From NCBI GenBank assembly GCA_965223795.1, contig CBDCXL010000002.1:1792001-1856000 (forward strand): a stretch of DNA of 64,000 nt. The letters are read 5' to 3'. The notes beneath the pieces were generated by a model. The model saw only the letters and a program-made list of their open reading frames with translations, ran no database searches and was not told where the DNA came from. Below are positions 46,296 to 55,996 of the stretch, piece after piece; position 1 is the stretch's first letter, and the number at the start of each line of letters is the position of its first letter. Position numbers and translations under genes: made by a program. Source of the stretch: Nitrospinales bacterium (GTDB lineage Bacteria; Nitrospinota; Nitrospinia; Nitrospinales; VA-1).

Positions 46296-48125
46296 ATGGT
46301 GCCTGATACCGGTGCGAGCCCGATTGTTTCCGCAATCCGGCCTGCCTTGTTTGCTGTTTTGCTGATTTTAGTGTGCGCGGGTTTTTCCCAGGCCCAGGAC
46401 GCCTCCCCGGAAGCGTCCGCCAATAACGGCGAAGTGGAGCTGTCTCAATTGGAAAAACAGCAGAAGCAGTTGATCCAGATCACGCAACGGCGCATCCTGC
46501 TTGGCAATGAGCTTAAGGAGCTCAAAGCGTCTCCCGAATCTCAGGTGGAACCGGAACGGATCGAGGAAATCGAAAGCGAACTGACCTCGCTCAACAAAAA
46601 ATTCGAATCGATGGCGACCCAGCTTAAGGAAGCTGAATTCAAGGATCACGATCAGTCCGAACTTTCCTGGACGCAGGAACTTCAGGAAATCACCAAGCCC
46701 CTGCTGCTGGCGCTGCGCGAGATCACCGAACGGCCGCGCAAAATCGAAAATCTGAAAACCTGGATTCAGTCTCTCAAGGACCAGATTGCCACTTACGAAG
46801 GCGCGCAGAAAAACCTGGAAGAGCTGATGGCTCTGGAAGTCAAACAGATTGAAAGTCTGGAAAACAGTAAAACCACGGCCGTCAGGCATAAGGAGATCAA
46901 AGAAAACTTCAAGGAGAAACTTGCGGACCTGAAAGAAAAATACAATCCGGATTATCTGAAGCTCGATCTGGAAGAGGGCAAAAAACAGCTCAACGAGTTG
47001 CAGGATACGGACATCTCCGTGTTCAAGATGACTTCCGGTTTCATGCGCGACTTCTTTCAGGTGCGCGGCCGCAATCTTTTGATCGCCGTCACGACGTTTC
47101 TGATTTTCTGGGCGTTTCTGTATTCCATTTACTGGGTGCTGGCGAACAAAACCAAGCTGCTGGCCCGGCTCGATTCGCATTACCAGAAAGTCGTCAAAGC
47201 CGCGTACCGGCTGCTGATCTTCGGCGTGTGCACCACCGCCAGCATCGTGTCGTTGTACCTGCTCGACGACTGGCTCATCCTCAGCATCGTCATTTTGATT
47301 TGTGTCGGGATGGCGCTGGCGTTCCGCGAGTTCATTCCCGGGTTCATCCAGGAACTGCGGCTAATTCTCAATCTGGGAACGGTGCGCGAGGGAGAGAGGA
47401 TGATCTGGCAGGGCATCCCCTGGCTGGTCCAGGAGATCGGTGTCTACGTCATTCTACGCAATGCCCGGCTGCAGGGCGGTCTGCTCAAATTGACCGTGGG
47501 CGAACTTGTGGGCCACCATTCCCGGCCGCTGGTGCATGAAGAGGAGTGGTTTCCGACGCGTGTGGACGACTGGGTGATCCTGTCCGACGACACCTACGGC
47601 CGCGTGGTGAAACAGACCTCGGAACAGGTGATCCTGGAATGCCTTTCCTCGCGGCGTTATTTCCCGACCGCCGAATTTCTGCAGATGAGCCCGAAAAACC
47701 TTTCGACGGGCTTTCGCATCCTCGTCCATTTCGGCCTGGACTATGGCGTCCAGTCGAAGATCTGCACCGATCTGCCCGAGCTGTTCGAGAACCGGTTGCG
47801 GCAGGAGTTCAACGAGCGCCTGGAGGGAGAGGACCCCGACTTTAAGAGCCTGAACGTGCAGTTCGACAGCGCCCAGGCCAGTTCGCTCAACCTGCTGGTT
47901 TCCGTGAAAGTGGACGGCCGCTGCGCCGGCGATTATTTTTTCCTGCAGCGGAAAATCAACGGCGTGCTCGTGCAAGTGTGCAATGAAAACGGACTGACGA
48001 TCCCCTTCAACCAGCTCACGCTGAGCCCGTCCCAGGATCTCAAATCCCTGGTTCAGAAAGGCGCGGAATCCGACTTCCGCTTCGTCGTGGACAATCCGCC
48101 GGAATCGCGCGCCGAGATGCAGTGA
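46296..48125 (+). CDS. MscS-family mechanosensitive channel-like protein with periplasmic coiled coil
   Basis: Signal peptide, long coiled coil, 3 TM helices, GTVREGER, FGLDY, IPFNQL; ATG 46296 after AGGAG. Confidence 0.7.
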   Translation: MVPDTGASPIVSAIRPALFAVLLILVCAGFSQAQDASPEASANNGEVELSQLEKQQKQLIQITQRRILLGNELKELKASPESQVEPERIEEIESELTSLNKKFESMATQLKEAEFKDHDQSELSWTQELQEITKPLLLALREITERPRKIENLKTWIQSLKDQIATYEGAQKNLEELMALEVKQIESLENSKTTAVRHKEIKENFKEKLADLKEKYNPDYLKLDLEEGKKQLNELQDTDISVFKMTSGFMRDFFQVRGRNLLIAVTTFLIFWAFLYSIYWVLANKTKLLARLDSHYQKVVKAAYRLLIFGVCTTASIVSLYLLDDWLILSIVILICVGMALAFREFIPGFIQELRLILNLGTVREGERMIWQGIPWLVQEIGVYVILRNARLQGGLLKLTVGELVGHHSRPLVHEEEWFPTRVDDWVILSDDTYGRVVKQTSEQVILECLSSRRYFPTAEFLQMSPKNLSTGFRILVHFGLDYGVQSKICTDLPELFENRLRQEFNERLEGEDPDFKSLNVQFDSAQASSLNLLVSVKVDGRCAGDYFFLQRKINGVLVQVCNENGLTIPFNQLTLSPSQDLKSLVQKGAESDFRFVVDNPPESRAEMQ

Positions 48126-48416
48126 CGCTTCGGGAGCTTTTCAAAAACACAGTGGAAACGCTGCCTGTTGCGACCGCGATCCATTCTTTGTCGAACGATC
48201 CACTTGAAAACGGAATGCATCGAAGATAGACTGGGTTCAACAGGCGTGCGTCTTTGAGACGTGAGGACGCTCCAGGTTCCTGCTTGCGCCGGGATTGATG
48301 GGGCGTCTTTTTTCAACGCAAACCCTGCCTTAGATCAAAACACATCGGAATCCGGTTTCTTCTTTTCCACGATTCACTCGAACAAAACGGCCGCGATTCC
48401 CGAAACGATCGCTAGC

Positions 48417-48797
48417 ATGCTCAAAATTCTCCTTGTTGAAGACAACGAACTGAACCGCGACATGCTCAAGCGCCGGCTGGAACGTTACGGCTTCAAGGTG
48501 GTCACCGCGGTGGACGGCAGTCAGGGGTTGACGGCGGCGCAGTCGGAAACGCCGGACCTGATCCTGATGGACATGAGCCTGCCGGGGATGAACGGCTGGG
48601 AAGCCACGCACCGTTTGAAATCGATGAAAGAGACGCAGACCATTCCGGTCCTCGGACTCTCGGCGCACGCGATGAAGTCCGACCGGGAACGGGCGCTGAA
48701 CGCCGGCTGCGACGATTACGACACCAAGCCTGTGGACATCCAGCGCCTGTTGGGCAAGATTCAGGCCCTCACCGGAAATCCCGACCATGCCCCCTGA
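48417..48797 (+). CDS. Single-domain response regulator (DivK/CheY-like)
   Basis: KILLVEDN, DLILMDMSLP, LSAHA, DTKP. Confidence 0.93.
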   Translation: MLKILLVEDNELNRDMLKRRLERYGFKVVTAVDGSQGLTAAQSETPDLILMDMSLPGMNGWEATHRLKSMKETQTIPVLGLSAHAMKSDRERALNAGCDDYDTKPVDIQRLLGKIQALTGNPDHAP

Positions 48798-49149
48798 AAC
48801 GCAACCGGTGCTCGACAAGGACAAAGCCCTTGCCATCTGCAGCGGCGACGAATCGCTGTTCGAAGAGCTGGCCGCCATTTTTCTGGTGGACGCCATGGAG
48901 CGCATGGACGGGCTCACCGAGGCGCTGGCCGCCGGTGACGCCAAGGGGGTGGAACGCTACGCGCATGCGATCAAGGGGTTGTCGGCCAATATCTGCGCCG
49001 AGCCGGTCAAGCAGGCGGCGTCCAGCCTGGAGATCGCCGGCAGAGAGGGGCAGCGGGAACACTGGCAAGCCCTGCACCGGCAGCTGAAAACGGAAATGGA
49101 ACGGCTGCGGACTCACCTGACACAGATCCTGCCTCCCCAAAACGCCTGA
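48787..49149 (+). CDS. Hpt (histidine phosphotransfer) domain protein
   Basis: AHAIKGLSANICA motif; overlaps the regulator gene. Confidence 0.9.
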   Translation: MPPETQPVLDKDKALAICSGDESLFEELAAIFLVDAMERMDGLTEALAAGDAKGVERYAHAIKGLSANICAEPVKQAASSLEIAGREGQREHWQALHRQLKTEMERLRTHLTQILPPQNA

Positions 49150-49313
49150 CCGCACTTTTATTCTCTCCGGACACTCCCACCTTGCTGCCTATCTCACGGT
49201 TTTTCAACGGTTTCGATGCACACCCTTCTGTGTTTTAGGGTTGAGCGACTTTATTTTCAATGACTTAGATGGTAAACTGAGAGTGATTTCAATCCTATCG
49301 TTAAAGGTGTGTC

Positions 49314-49823
49314 GTGGTCGATCCCTTGTCGCTCAACCCTGCAAGGCCCTCATCCCCATCCCGGCAAAAAACGGGAAACGCGGGCAAGCAGAAGGATTTG
49401 CAATCCTCCCAGGCTCCGGCTTCGGCCGATTCGGTGCGGCTGGAGAGCCTTTCCCTGCGGGCCACATTGAAGGAGCAAGCCGGAATTTTAAAACAGGAAC
49501 TGCCGGGCATCATCGCCGACGCGATCCAGGCTCCGGTAGAGCGGGATGCGGTGCGCGGCGCCCCGGCCGCGGCGACCCGGTTCCGCCTGGAAAAACCGCT
49601 CCGATCGATCCTGGACAGGAACACGCCTCTGCCTCCCAGTCTGGTCGAGGGGCTGCAATCGGAAATCCAGTCCCTGCAAAAGGAACTTCCCGAACTCAGA
49701 GACCATGCGGCCCTCGCTCCTTTCGATTCCGATCCTGAAAAAGAAGAAGCCTTAAACGGATTTCTGTTCGATGTTTCCGATCAAATGGAACGCTTGGTGG
49801 ATCATTTGCGCCGCCTGGTGTGA
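49314..49823 (+). CDS. Hypothetical protein
   Basis: GTG start after AAGGTG; helical composition; fills the gap before the rpsT promoter. Confidence 0.5.
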   Translation: MVDPLSLNPARPSSPSRQKTGNAGKQKDLQSSQAPASADSVRLESLSLRATLKEQAGILKQELPGIIADAIQAPVERDAVRGAPAAATRFRLEKPLRSILDRNTPLPPSLVEGLQSEIQSLQKELPELRDHAALAPFDSDPEKEEALNGFLFDVSDQMERLVDHLRRLV

Positions 49824-49850
49824 CGGGGTTGGGTCTTATCCGGCAAGCAC

Positions 49851-49880
49851 TTGACAATCCCCCGCGCAATGCAGTATACA
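49851..49880 (+). promoter_or_regulatory. Putative sigma70 promoter for rpsT (TTGACA-N18-TATACA)
   Basis: Perfect -35 upstream of a ribosomal protein gene. Confidence 0.5.
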
Positions 49881-50007
49881 AGTTCCTTGCTCCCGGAAAA
49901 ATCCACGGGCTGCGTTGTTTCTCGGCAACGCGGCGGATTTCCGGCTCTGTGCTTTGAAAGCGCAGGGAATTCCATTGAAGGACGGATCAACAGGAAAGGG
50001 AACGTCT

Positions 50008-50280
50008 TTGGCAAACCACAAATCGGCTGAAAAACGCAATCGCCAAAACGCAAAGCGCAACGAAAGAAACAAGGGGTACCGGACGATGGTCAAGAACGCG
50101 ACTAAAAACGTTCTTGAAGAAGTATCCAACAACAATAAGGAAGAAGCGGCCAAAGAGCTGAAAAATGCCGAAAAGGTCATCTCGCGGGTGGCCGGCAAAG
50201 GGGTTCTGCACCGGCGGGCCGCATCGCGGAAAATTTCCAGCCTGTCCCGCAAAGTGAACAAGCTTTCCGCCTCCCCCTGA
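50008..50280 (+). CDS. rpsT: 30S ribosomal protein S20 (TTG start)
   Basis: MANHKSAEKRNRQ...KGVLHRRAASRKIS. Confidence 0.95.
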   Translation: MANHKSAEKRNRQNAKRNERNKGYRTMVKNATKNVLEEVSNNNKEEAAKELKNAEKVISRVAGKGVLHRRAASRKISSLSRKVNKLSASP

Positions 50281-50312
50281 AACCCTTCGCATTGCGGAAT
50301 CAGGAACGGGTT

Positions 50313-51329
50313 TCATCCCTCTCCGTTTGCATTCTTGAAACACAACCTGAGGACCAGCGATTCCAGAATCGCCTGCGGGTCGCCGCCGGATGTTTTGAGT
50401 TTCCGGTCCGCTTCCGCAAGATACTGGAAGCTGCGCTTGAGTTCCTGCCTTGTGAAATTTTCCGTGTAACGGATCGCCTTTTCCACGAGAAACGGTTTCG
50501 CGCCCATTTCCTGAGCGATGCGCGCGGCCGGAAGCTTTCTCCCCTTGAGCGCCTTGACTTCCCAGAGCACGCGGAACTGCCAGGCGATCGATCCCATCAC
50601 CTTGATCGGGTCTTCACCGTGATCGAGCTGGTTGTGCAGCAGCCTTAAGGCTCTTTCTCCGTTTTTGTCCTTCAGTGCATCCGTCAGCGCGAACGCGTTT
50701 TCCTGCCTGCTCTCGCCCACCACCCGCGAAGCCTCTTCTTCCGTCACGGTGCGGTTTTTCCCCGCGAAGGTCAGCACCTTTTCCAGCTCCGATGCGAGGA
50801 TGCCGGGTTTTGGGCCCGTTCGGGCAATCAGGATGTTCGCGGCTTCGCCGGACAGCCGGTAGCCCTGCGCTTCCGCCCGCTTTTTCAGCCAGGGCAGGAG
50901 CGCCGATTCCCTGGGAGCGGCGCACTCCACCGCAAAGGATTCCTTGCACAGGGTTTTGAATATTTTTTTCTTGCGGTCTGCTTTGAGAGCGGTCAGCACC
51001 AGGCAGCTTTCCGGCGCCGGGTCCTTGACGTAGGCAATCAGGGCGTCCGCCTCTTTGGGTGTCAGGGTGATCTCGTGCAGGTCGCGCACCAGCACCAGCT
51101 TGGTGCCTCCGAGAAAGGAGAAGGTTTTGGCGGCGGCGATCCAGTCCTGCACGCCGGTGGTCTTGACATCCAGGGATTCGTGGTTGAATTCGCGGTTGTC
51201 CGCAGTGATCAGTTTGCCGGTGAGGCTGTGGATGATTTCCGTGTGGTAAAAGGTCTCTTCCCCGAAAAGGAAGTAGCAGGGACGGACCTTATCCTGCTCG
51301 ATTTCCTGTAAAGCGGCTTGCGGGGTCAA
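50313..51329 (-). CDS. holA: DNA polymerase III subunit delta
   Basis: YFLFGEETF, FNHESLD, ELEKV, F.LTDA, AEAD..LK; leuS-lptE-holA order. Confidence 0.92.
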   Translation of the reverse strand: MTPQAALQEIEQDKVRPCYFLFGEETFYHTEIIHSLTGKLITADNREFNHESLDVKTTGVQDWIAAAKTFSFLGGTKLVLVRDLHEITLTPKEADALIAYVKDPAPESCLVLTALKADRKKKIFKTLCKESFAVECAAPRESALLPWLKKRAEAQGYRLSGEAANILIARTGPKPGILASELEKVLTFAGKNRTVTEEEASRVVGESRQENAFALTDALKDKNGERALRLLHNQLDHGEDPIKVMGSIAWQFRVLWEVKALKGRKLPAARIAQEMGAKPFLVEKAIRYTENFTRQELKRSFQYLAEADRKLKTSGGDPQAILESLVLRLCFKNANGEG

Positions 51330-51342
51330 CGGGGGCGAAGGA

Positions 51343-51867
51343 CTAGAACTGGTCGATGACGATGCTCACCAGCCGGTTGGCCAGGTCTTTGTAGGCGTCG
51401 TTCAGGGCCGTCTGGCGGGCGGCCTCGGAGTTGATCACATCCGCGCTGGAGCGGAAATCCCATTTGGTGTTGAACTTCTGCTTGAGGAACGATTTCTTTT
51501 TCACCTGATCGTTGACTTTGATGTCGACGCCCAGCTCCACGTAATATTCCGAGGCCTGATCGCTGGTGTTGAAGGACACGGCGCGCAGATTGTAATGGTT
51601 CAGACTGCCGCGCATCAGAAGGTCCGCCTGCGCGGTTTCGACCACTTTTAAGCGGCCGTCGGTGATGAACGATTCGCGGATGACGTTGGTGAGATCGCGG
51701 TGGATCTCCGGTTCGGACGAGACGTTCTTGAAAACCGGAATGGCCACGGTTTTCAGATGCGGCGGCAGGGTGTTCTGGGTGCCCGCAAGGTGGTAGCCGC
51801 AGCCCGTGAGAAACAGCAGCAGGGCCCATCCCCAGCCGAGAACGGCGGGACATTTTGAAGAATTCAT
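51343..51867 (-). CDS. lptE: LPS assembly lipoprotein LptE family
   Basis: Lipobox LTG-CGYHL; position between leuS and holA. Confidence 0.85.
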   Translation of the reverse strand: MNSSKCPAVLGWGWALLLFLTGCGYHLAGTQNTLPPHLKTVAIPVFKNVSSEPEIHRDLTNVIRESFITDGRLKVVETAQADLLMRGSLNHYNLRAVSFNTSDQASEYYVELGVDIKVNDQVKKKSFLKQKFNTKWDFRSSADVINSEAARQTALNDAYKDLANRLVSIVIDQF

Positions 51868-54365
51868 TTGGCGACGATGTTGATGAGTTTTTTGGGCACC
51901 ACGATCACCTTTTTGATTTCCTTGCCGCGGGTCAGTTCGAGGATCTTTTCATCCTCAAGCGCGCGCGATTTGAGGCTTTCTTCGGCGATGTCCGCGTTGA
52001 CGGTGATCTTTTGCCTTACCTTACCATTGACCTGAACCACAATCAACATCTCCTCGGACTCGATGAGCCGCTCGTCGAAGCCGGGCCAGGGAACGTCGCC
52101 GACGCTTTGCGAGTACCCCAACAGTGATCCCATCTCCTCGGCGATGTGCGGCGCGAACGGGTTCAGCACGCACACCAGCGTTTCGAACGCTTCCTTGACG
52201 ACGGCGCGTGCGGCCTCGCCGGATTGTTTCTGAACCGCCCAGGTCTCGCGGAAGGCATAGAGGTGGTTGACCAGCTCCATCGAGGCGGCGATGGCGGTGT
52301 TGAACTGCAGGCGGTTGGCGATGTCGTCGGTCACGCGCTTGAGCGTGACGTGGGTTTTGCGGCGCAGCTCCTTGAGTTCCTTGCTGAGCTCCGCGTCCGC
52401 CGCGGGGAGCGCCGCAGGCGATTTGATGTCCTCTAAAAATTCGGTGAAGATGCGCCACACGCGTTTGAGAAAACGCGAGCAGCCTTCCACGCCTTGGTCG
52501 CTCCATTCCAGGTCCTTGACCGGCGGCGCGGCGAACAGGATGAACAGCCGCGCCGTGTCGGCGCCGTAGCGTTCGATGATGGCGTCCGGATCGACGACGT
52601 TGCCTTTGGACTTGGACATCTTGGCGCCGTCCTTGATCACCATGCCCTGGGTGAGCAGCCGGGAAAACGGCTCCGGCGACGCCACCAGGCCGAGGTCGCG
52701 GAAAACGAGGTGAAAAAACCGCGAGTACAACAGGTGCAGGATGGCGTGTTCGATGCCGCCGACGTACTGATCCACCGGCATCCAGTATTCGACGTCCTGT
52801 CTGGCGAACGCCTCGCTGTCGTTGCGCGGCGAGGTGAAGCGGTCGAAATACCACGATGAGCAGATGAAGGTGTCGAGCGTGTCGGTTTCGCGTTTGGCGG
52901 GCTTTCCGCATTTGGGACAGACTGTGTCGGTGAATTCGGAAAGCCCGGCGAGCGGGGACTGGCCGCGCGGGCCGAGCTTTGCGTTCAGCGGCAGCTCGAC
53001 GGGAAGCTCGCTTTCGGGCACGGGCACGATGCCGCAGCCCGGACAGTGGATGACGGGGATGGGCGTGCCCCAGTAACGCTGGCGCGAGACGCCCCAGTCG
53101 CGCAGTTTGTAATTGATGGTCGCCTTGCCCAGCCCGTTCGTTTCCAGGTACTCGCACACCTTGGCGATGCCCTCCTGGCCGAACGCACCGTCGAACGGAC
53201 CCGAATCGACCATCGTGCCTTCCTGGGTGTAGGCCTCGGTCATCGTCGCGGCGTCGAGGGTTTCATCGGGCGGCGCGATCACCACCTTTACGGGCAATCC
53301 GTACTTGCGGGCGAAATCGAGGTCGCGCTGATCGTGCGCCGGTACCGACATGATGGCGCCGGTGCCGTATTCCATGAGGACGAAATTGGCAGACCAGATC
53401 GGGATGGTTTCCTTCGTCAGCGGATTGATGGCGTGCGCTCCGGTGAAGATGCCCAGCTTTTCACCGGTCTCGCTGGTGCGGGAGAACTTGTCCTCGCGCG
53501 CCGCCTGCTCGATGAACGCGTCGACGGCCTTCTCCTGCCCGGTGCCGCGGGAGAGTGTTTTGGTCAACGGGTGCTCGGGCGAAAGCACCATGAACGTCGC
53601 GCCGTACAGGGTGTCCGGACGCGTCGTGAAAATTTTGATGACCGTGTCGGACCCGGCGATGGGGAAATCCACCTCGGCGCCGCGGCTTTTGCCGATCCAG
53701 TGTGTCTGCATGGCCAGCACCTGTTCCGGCCACCCGCCCGCGAGCTGCTCGACACCCTGCAACAGGCGGTCGGCGTAGTCGGTGATTTTGAAGAACCAGC
53801 CCTGCTGCTGCTTCTGCTGCACCTGGCCGTCGCAGCGCCAGCACTGTCCGTCCACCACCTGCTCGTTGGCGAGCACGGTCTGGCAGGATTCGCACCAGTT
53901 GACCGTCGCCAGCTTGCGGTAGACCAGGCCCTTCTCCATGAACTTCAAGAAGCACCACTGGTTCCACTTGTAGTATTCCGGCCGGCAGGTGGCGATCTCG
54001 CGGTCCCAGTCGTAGCTGAACCCGAGCTTTTTGATCTGGGCGCGCATGGTGCGGATGTTTTCGAACGTCCACTCGGCGGGGTGGGTGTTGTTCTGGATGG
54101 CGGCGTTCTCGGCGGGCATGCCGAACGCGTCCCAGCCCAGGGGATGCAGCACGTTGAACCCCTGCATGCGCTTGAAGCGGGCGACCGCGTCGCCGATGGC
54201 GTAGTTGCGCACATGACCCATGTGGATGCGGCCCGAGGGATAGGGGAACATCTCCAGGAGGTAATATTTTTTCCTGGTGGAATCGCGCTCGACCTTGAAG
54301 GTTTTTTCCGCTTCCCACCGCTTCTGCCATTTCGCTTCGATGGCCTTGAAATCGTATTGCTGCAT
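51864..54365 (-). CDS. leuS: Leucine--tRNA ligase
   Basis: MFPYPSGRIHMGH, SRQRYWG, KMSKS, VQVNGK. Confidence 0.98.
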   Translation of the reverse strand: MQQYDFKAIEAKWQKRWEAEKTFKVERDSTRKKYYLLEMFPYPSGRIHMGHVRNYAIGDAVARFKRMQGFNVLHPLGWDAFGMPAENAAIQNNTHPAEWTFENIRTMRAQIKKLGFSYDWDREIATCRPEYYKWNQWCFLKFMEKGLVYRKLATVNWCESCQTVLANEQVVDGQCWRCDGQVQQKQQQGWFFKITDYADRLLQGVEQLAGGWPEQVLAMQTHWIGKSRGAEVDFPIAGSDTVIKIFTTRPDTLYGATFMVLSPEHPLTKTLSRGTGQEKAVDAFIEQAAREDKFSRTSETGEKLGIFTGAHAINPLTKETIPIWSANFVLMEYGTGAIMSVPAHDQRDLDFARKYGLPVKVVIAPPDETLDAATMTEAYTQEGTMVDSGPFDGAFGQEGIAKVCEYLETNGLGKATINYKLRDWGVSRQRYWGTPIPVIHCPGCGIVPVPESELPVELPLNAKLGPRGQSPLAGLSEFTDTVCPKCGKPAKRETDTLDTFICSSWYFDRFTSPRNDSEAFARQDVEYWMPVDQYVGGIEHAILHLLYSRFFHLVFRDLGLVASPEPFSRLLTQGMVIKDGAKMSKSKGNVVDPDAIIERYGADTARLFILFAAPPVKDLEWSDQGVEGCSRFLKRVWRIFTEFLEDIKSPAALPAADAELSKELKELRRKTHVTLKRVTDDIANRLQFNTAIAASMELVNHLYAFRETWAVQKQSGEAARAVVKEAFETLVCVLNPFAPHIAEEMGSLLGYSQSVGDVPWPGFDERLIESEEMLIVVQVNGKVRQKITVNADIAEESLKSRALEDEKILELTRGKEIKKVIVVPKKLINIVAK

Positions 54366-54536
54366 CAAAAAAATCGCCTCCCGGAATTTGAAAGGGGTTA
54401 TAGTAGCTAAATTCCGGGCACAAATCCAGCCCGGCCCCACGAAGGGGAGACGTCATCGGGCAGGCACGGCAGGCGTTTTCGACATTCGGGCCGGCCGCCG
54501 GGACCGCGTTTTTCCGCCATTCCCATCGAAGATACC

Positions 54537-55976
54537 ATGACCGAACTCACTGGAGCCATCGCGGCGGTCTTCGTTCTCTATGTGCTGTTGATGCTGGGGA
54601 TCGGCGTCGTCACCTCAAGGGCCACGCGTTCTCCGGCGGACTTTTTTCTCGCCGACCGTTCGCTCAAAGCCTGGGTGACGGCGGTGTCCTCCACCGCAAG
54701 CTCGGAAAGCGCCTGGGCGGTGCTGGGCACGGTGGGGCTGGCTTATAAAGAAGGACTCTCGGCAATGTGGTTTCTGCCGGGCTGCCTGATGGGGTACGCG
54801 ATCAACTGGCTGTTGATCGCCGAACCGCTGCGCAAGCACTCGCACGAAACCCACGCGCTCACCGTTCCCGATTACCTCGAATCGCATTTCAACGACAAGA
54901 CGCACGCGCTGCGCATCGTTTCGGTCGTCATCATCTTCGCCAGCATGATGGCCTACGTGGCGGCGCAGTTCACCGCCATCGGCAAGACCTTCGACGCGAT
55001 CTTCGGCGTGCCGCATGTGTGGAGCATCGCGATCGGCGGCACCATCGTTATCGTCTACACGATGATGGGCGGGTTCCGCGCGGTGGCGTGGACGGACTTC
55101 GTGCAGGGGCTCATCATGGTGTTCGGCATCGTGGTGCTGGCGCTGGTCGCGGTGGCGGAGCTGGGCGGGTTCGGCGGCATGACGGAAAAGGTCGGAACGG
55201 AAAGTCCCGACACGCTGGCCTGGATGGGCGGCAAGACCACGGCGGTGTTTTTCGGGTCGCTGGTGGGGCTGCTCGGCATCGGCCTCGGCTATCCCGGCCA
55301 GCCGCATGTGCTCACGCGCTACATGGCGGCGAAGGACACGAAAACCATCGAGCGCGGCATCTGGATCGCGATGGGCTGGGGGCTGTTGATCTACAGCTCC
55401 GCCATCCTGCTGGGCATCGCCGGCACGGCGCTGTTTCCGGGGCTGGACGATCCGGAACACCTGTTCCCGCGCGCGGCGGAATCGCTGCTGCCCACGGTGG
55501 TCACGGCGGTGGTCCTCACCGGCGTGCTCGCGGCCATCATGTCCACGGTATCGGCGCAGATCATCGTCGCGGCGTCGGCGGCGGCGCACGACATCTATGC
55601 GAAGCTGTTGAAAGGCGCGCTTTCGGATCGGGCGCAGATCCGGGTGGCGCGGCTGACGGTGCTGGTGCTTGGACTGGGCGCGATGGCGATCGCGCTCACG
55701 AAAACGCGGGTCATCTTCTGGTTCGTGCTGTTCGCCTGGTCCGGCCTCGGGGCCAGCTTCGGTCCGGTCATCCTGTTCACCCTGTACTGGAAGAGAGTCA
55801 CCCGGCAGGGCGCGCTGGCGGGCATGCTGACGGGATTCCTCACCACCATCGTGTGGAAGGTTTCCGGCCTTTCGGACGCGGTGATCTACGAGCTGGTGCC
55901 GGCGTTTCTGCTTGCCTCGCTGGCGGTGTGGTTCGTCAGCCTGCGCACCGGCGGCGCGCAAACGAAGAACGCTTGA
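54537..55976 (+). CDS. putP: Sodium/proline symporter (SSS family)
   Basis: DFFLADR, SSES.W, AVAWTDFVQG, GYPGQPH..RYMA, AAIMST, YELVPAF. Confidence 0.85.
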   Translation: MTELTGAIAAVFVLYVLLMLGIGVVTSRATRSPADFFLADRSLKAWVTAVSSTASSESAWAVLGTVGLAYKEGLSAMWFLPGCLMGYAINWLLIAEPLRKHSHETHALTVPDYLESHFNDKTHALRIVSVVIIFASMMAYVAAQFTAIGKTFDAIFGVPHVWSIAIGGTIVIVYTMMGGFRAVAWTDFVQGLIMVFGIVVLALVAVAELGGFGGMTEKVGTESPDTLAWMGGKTTAVFFGSLVGLLGIGLGYPGQPHVLTRYMAAKDTKTIERGIWIAMGWGLLIYSSAILLGIAGTALFPGLDDPEHLFPRAAESLLPTVVTAVVLTGVLAAIMSTVSAQIIVAASAAAHDIYAKLLKGALSDRAQIRVARLTVLVLGLGAMAIALTKTRVIFWFVLFAWSGLGASFGPVILFTLYWKRVTRQGALAGMLTGFLTTIVWKVSGLSDAVIYELVPAFLLASLAVWFVSLRTGGAQTKNA

Positions 55977-55996
55977 CGCGCAATTCTTTTCCCAAT

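Noticed and set aside
50008..50010. TTG start of rpsT
   Set aside because: UUG initiation of rpsT is already known, for example in E. coli
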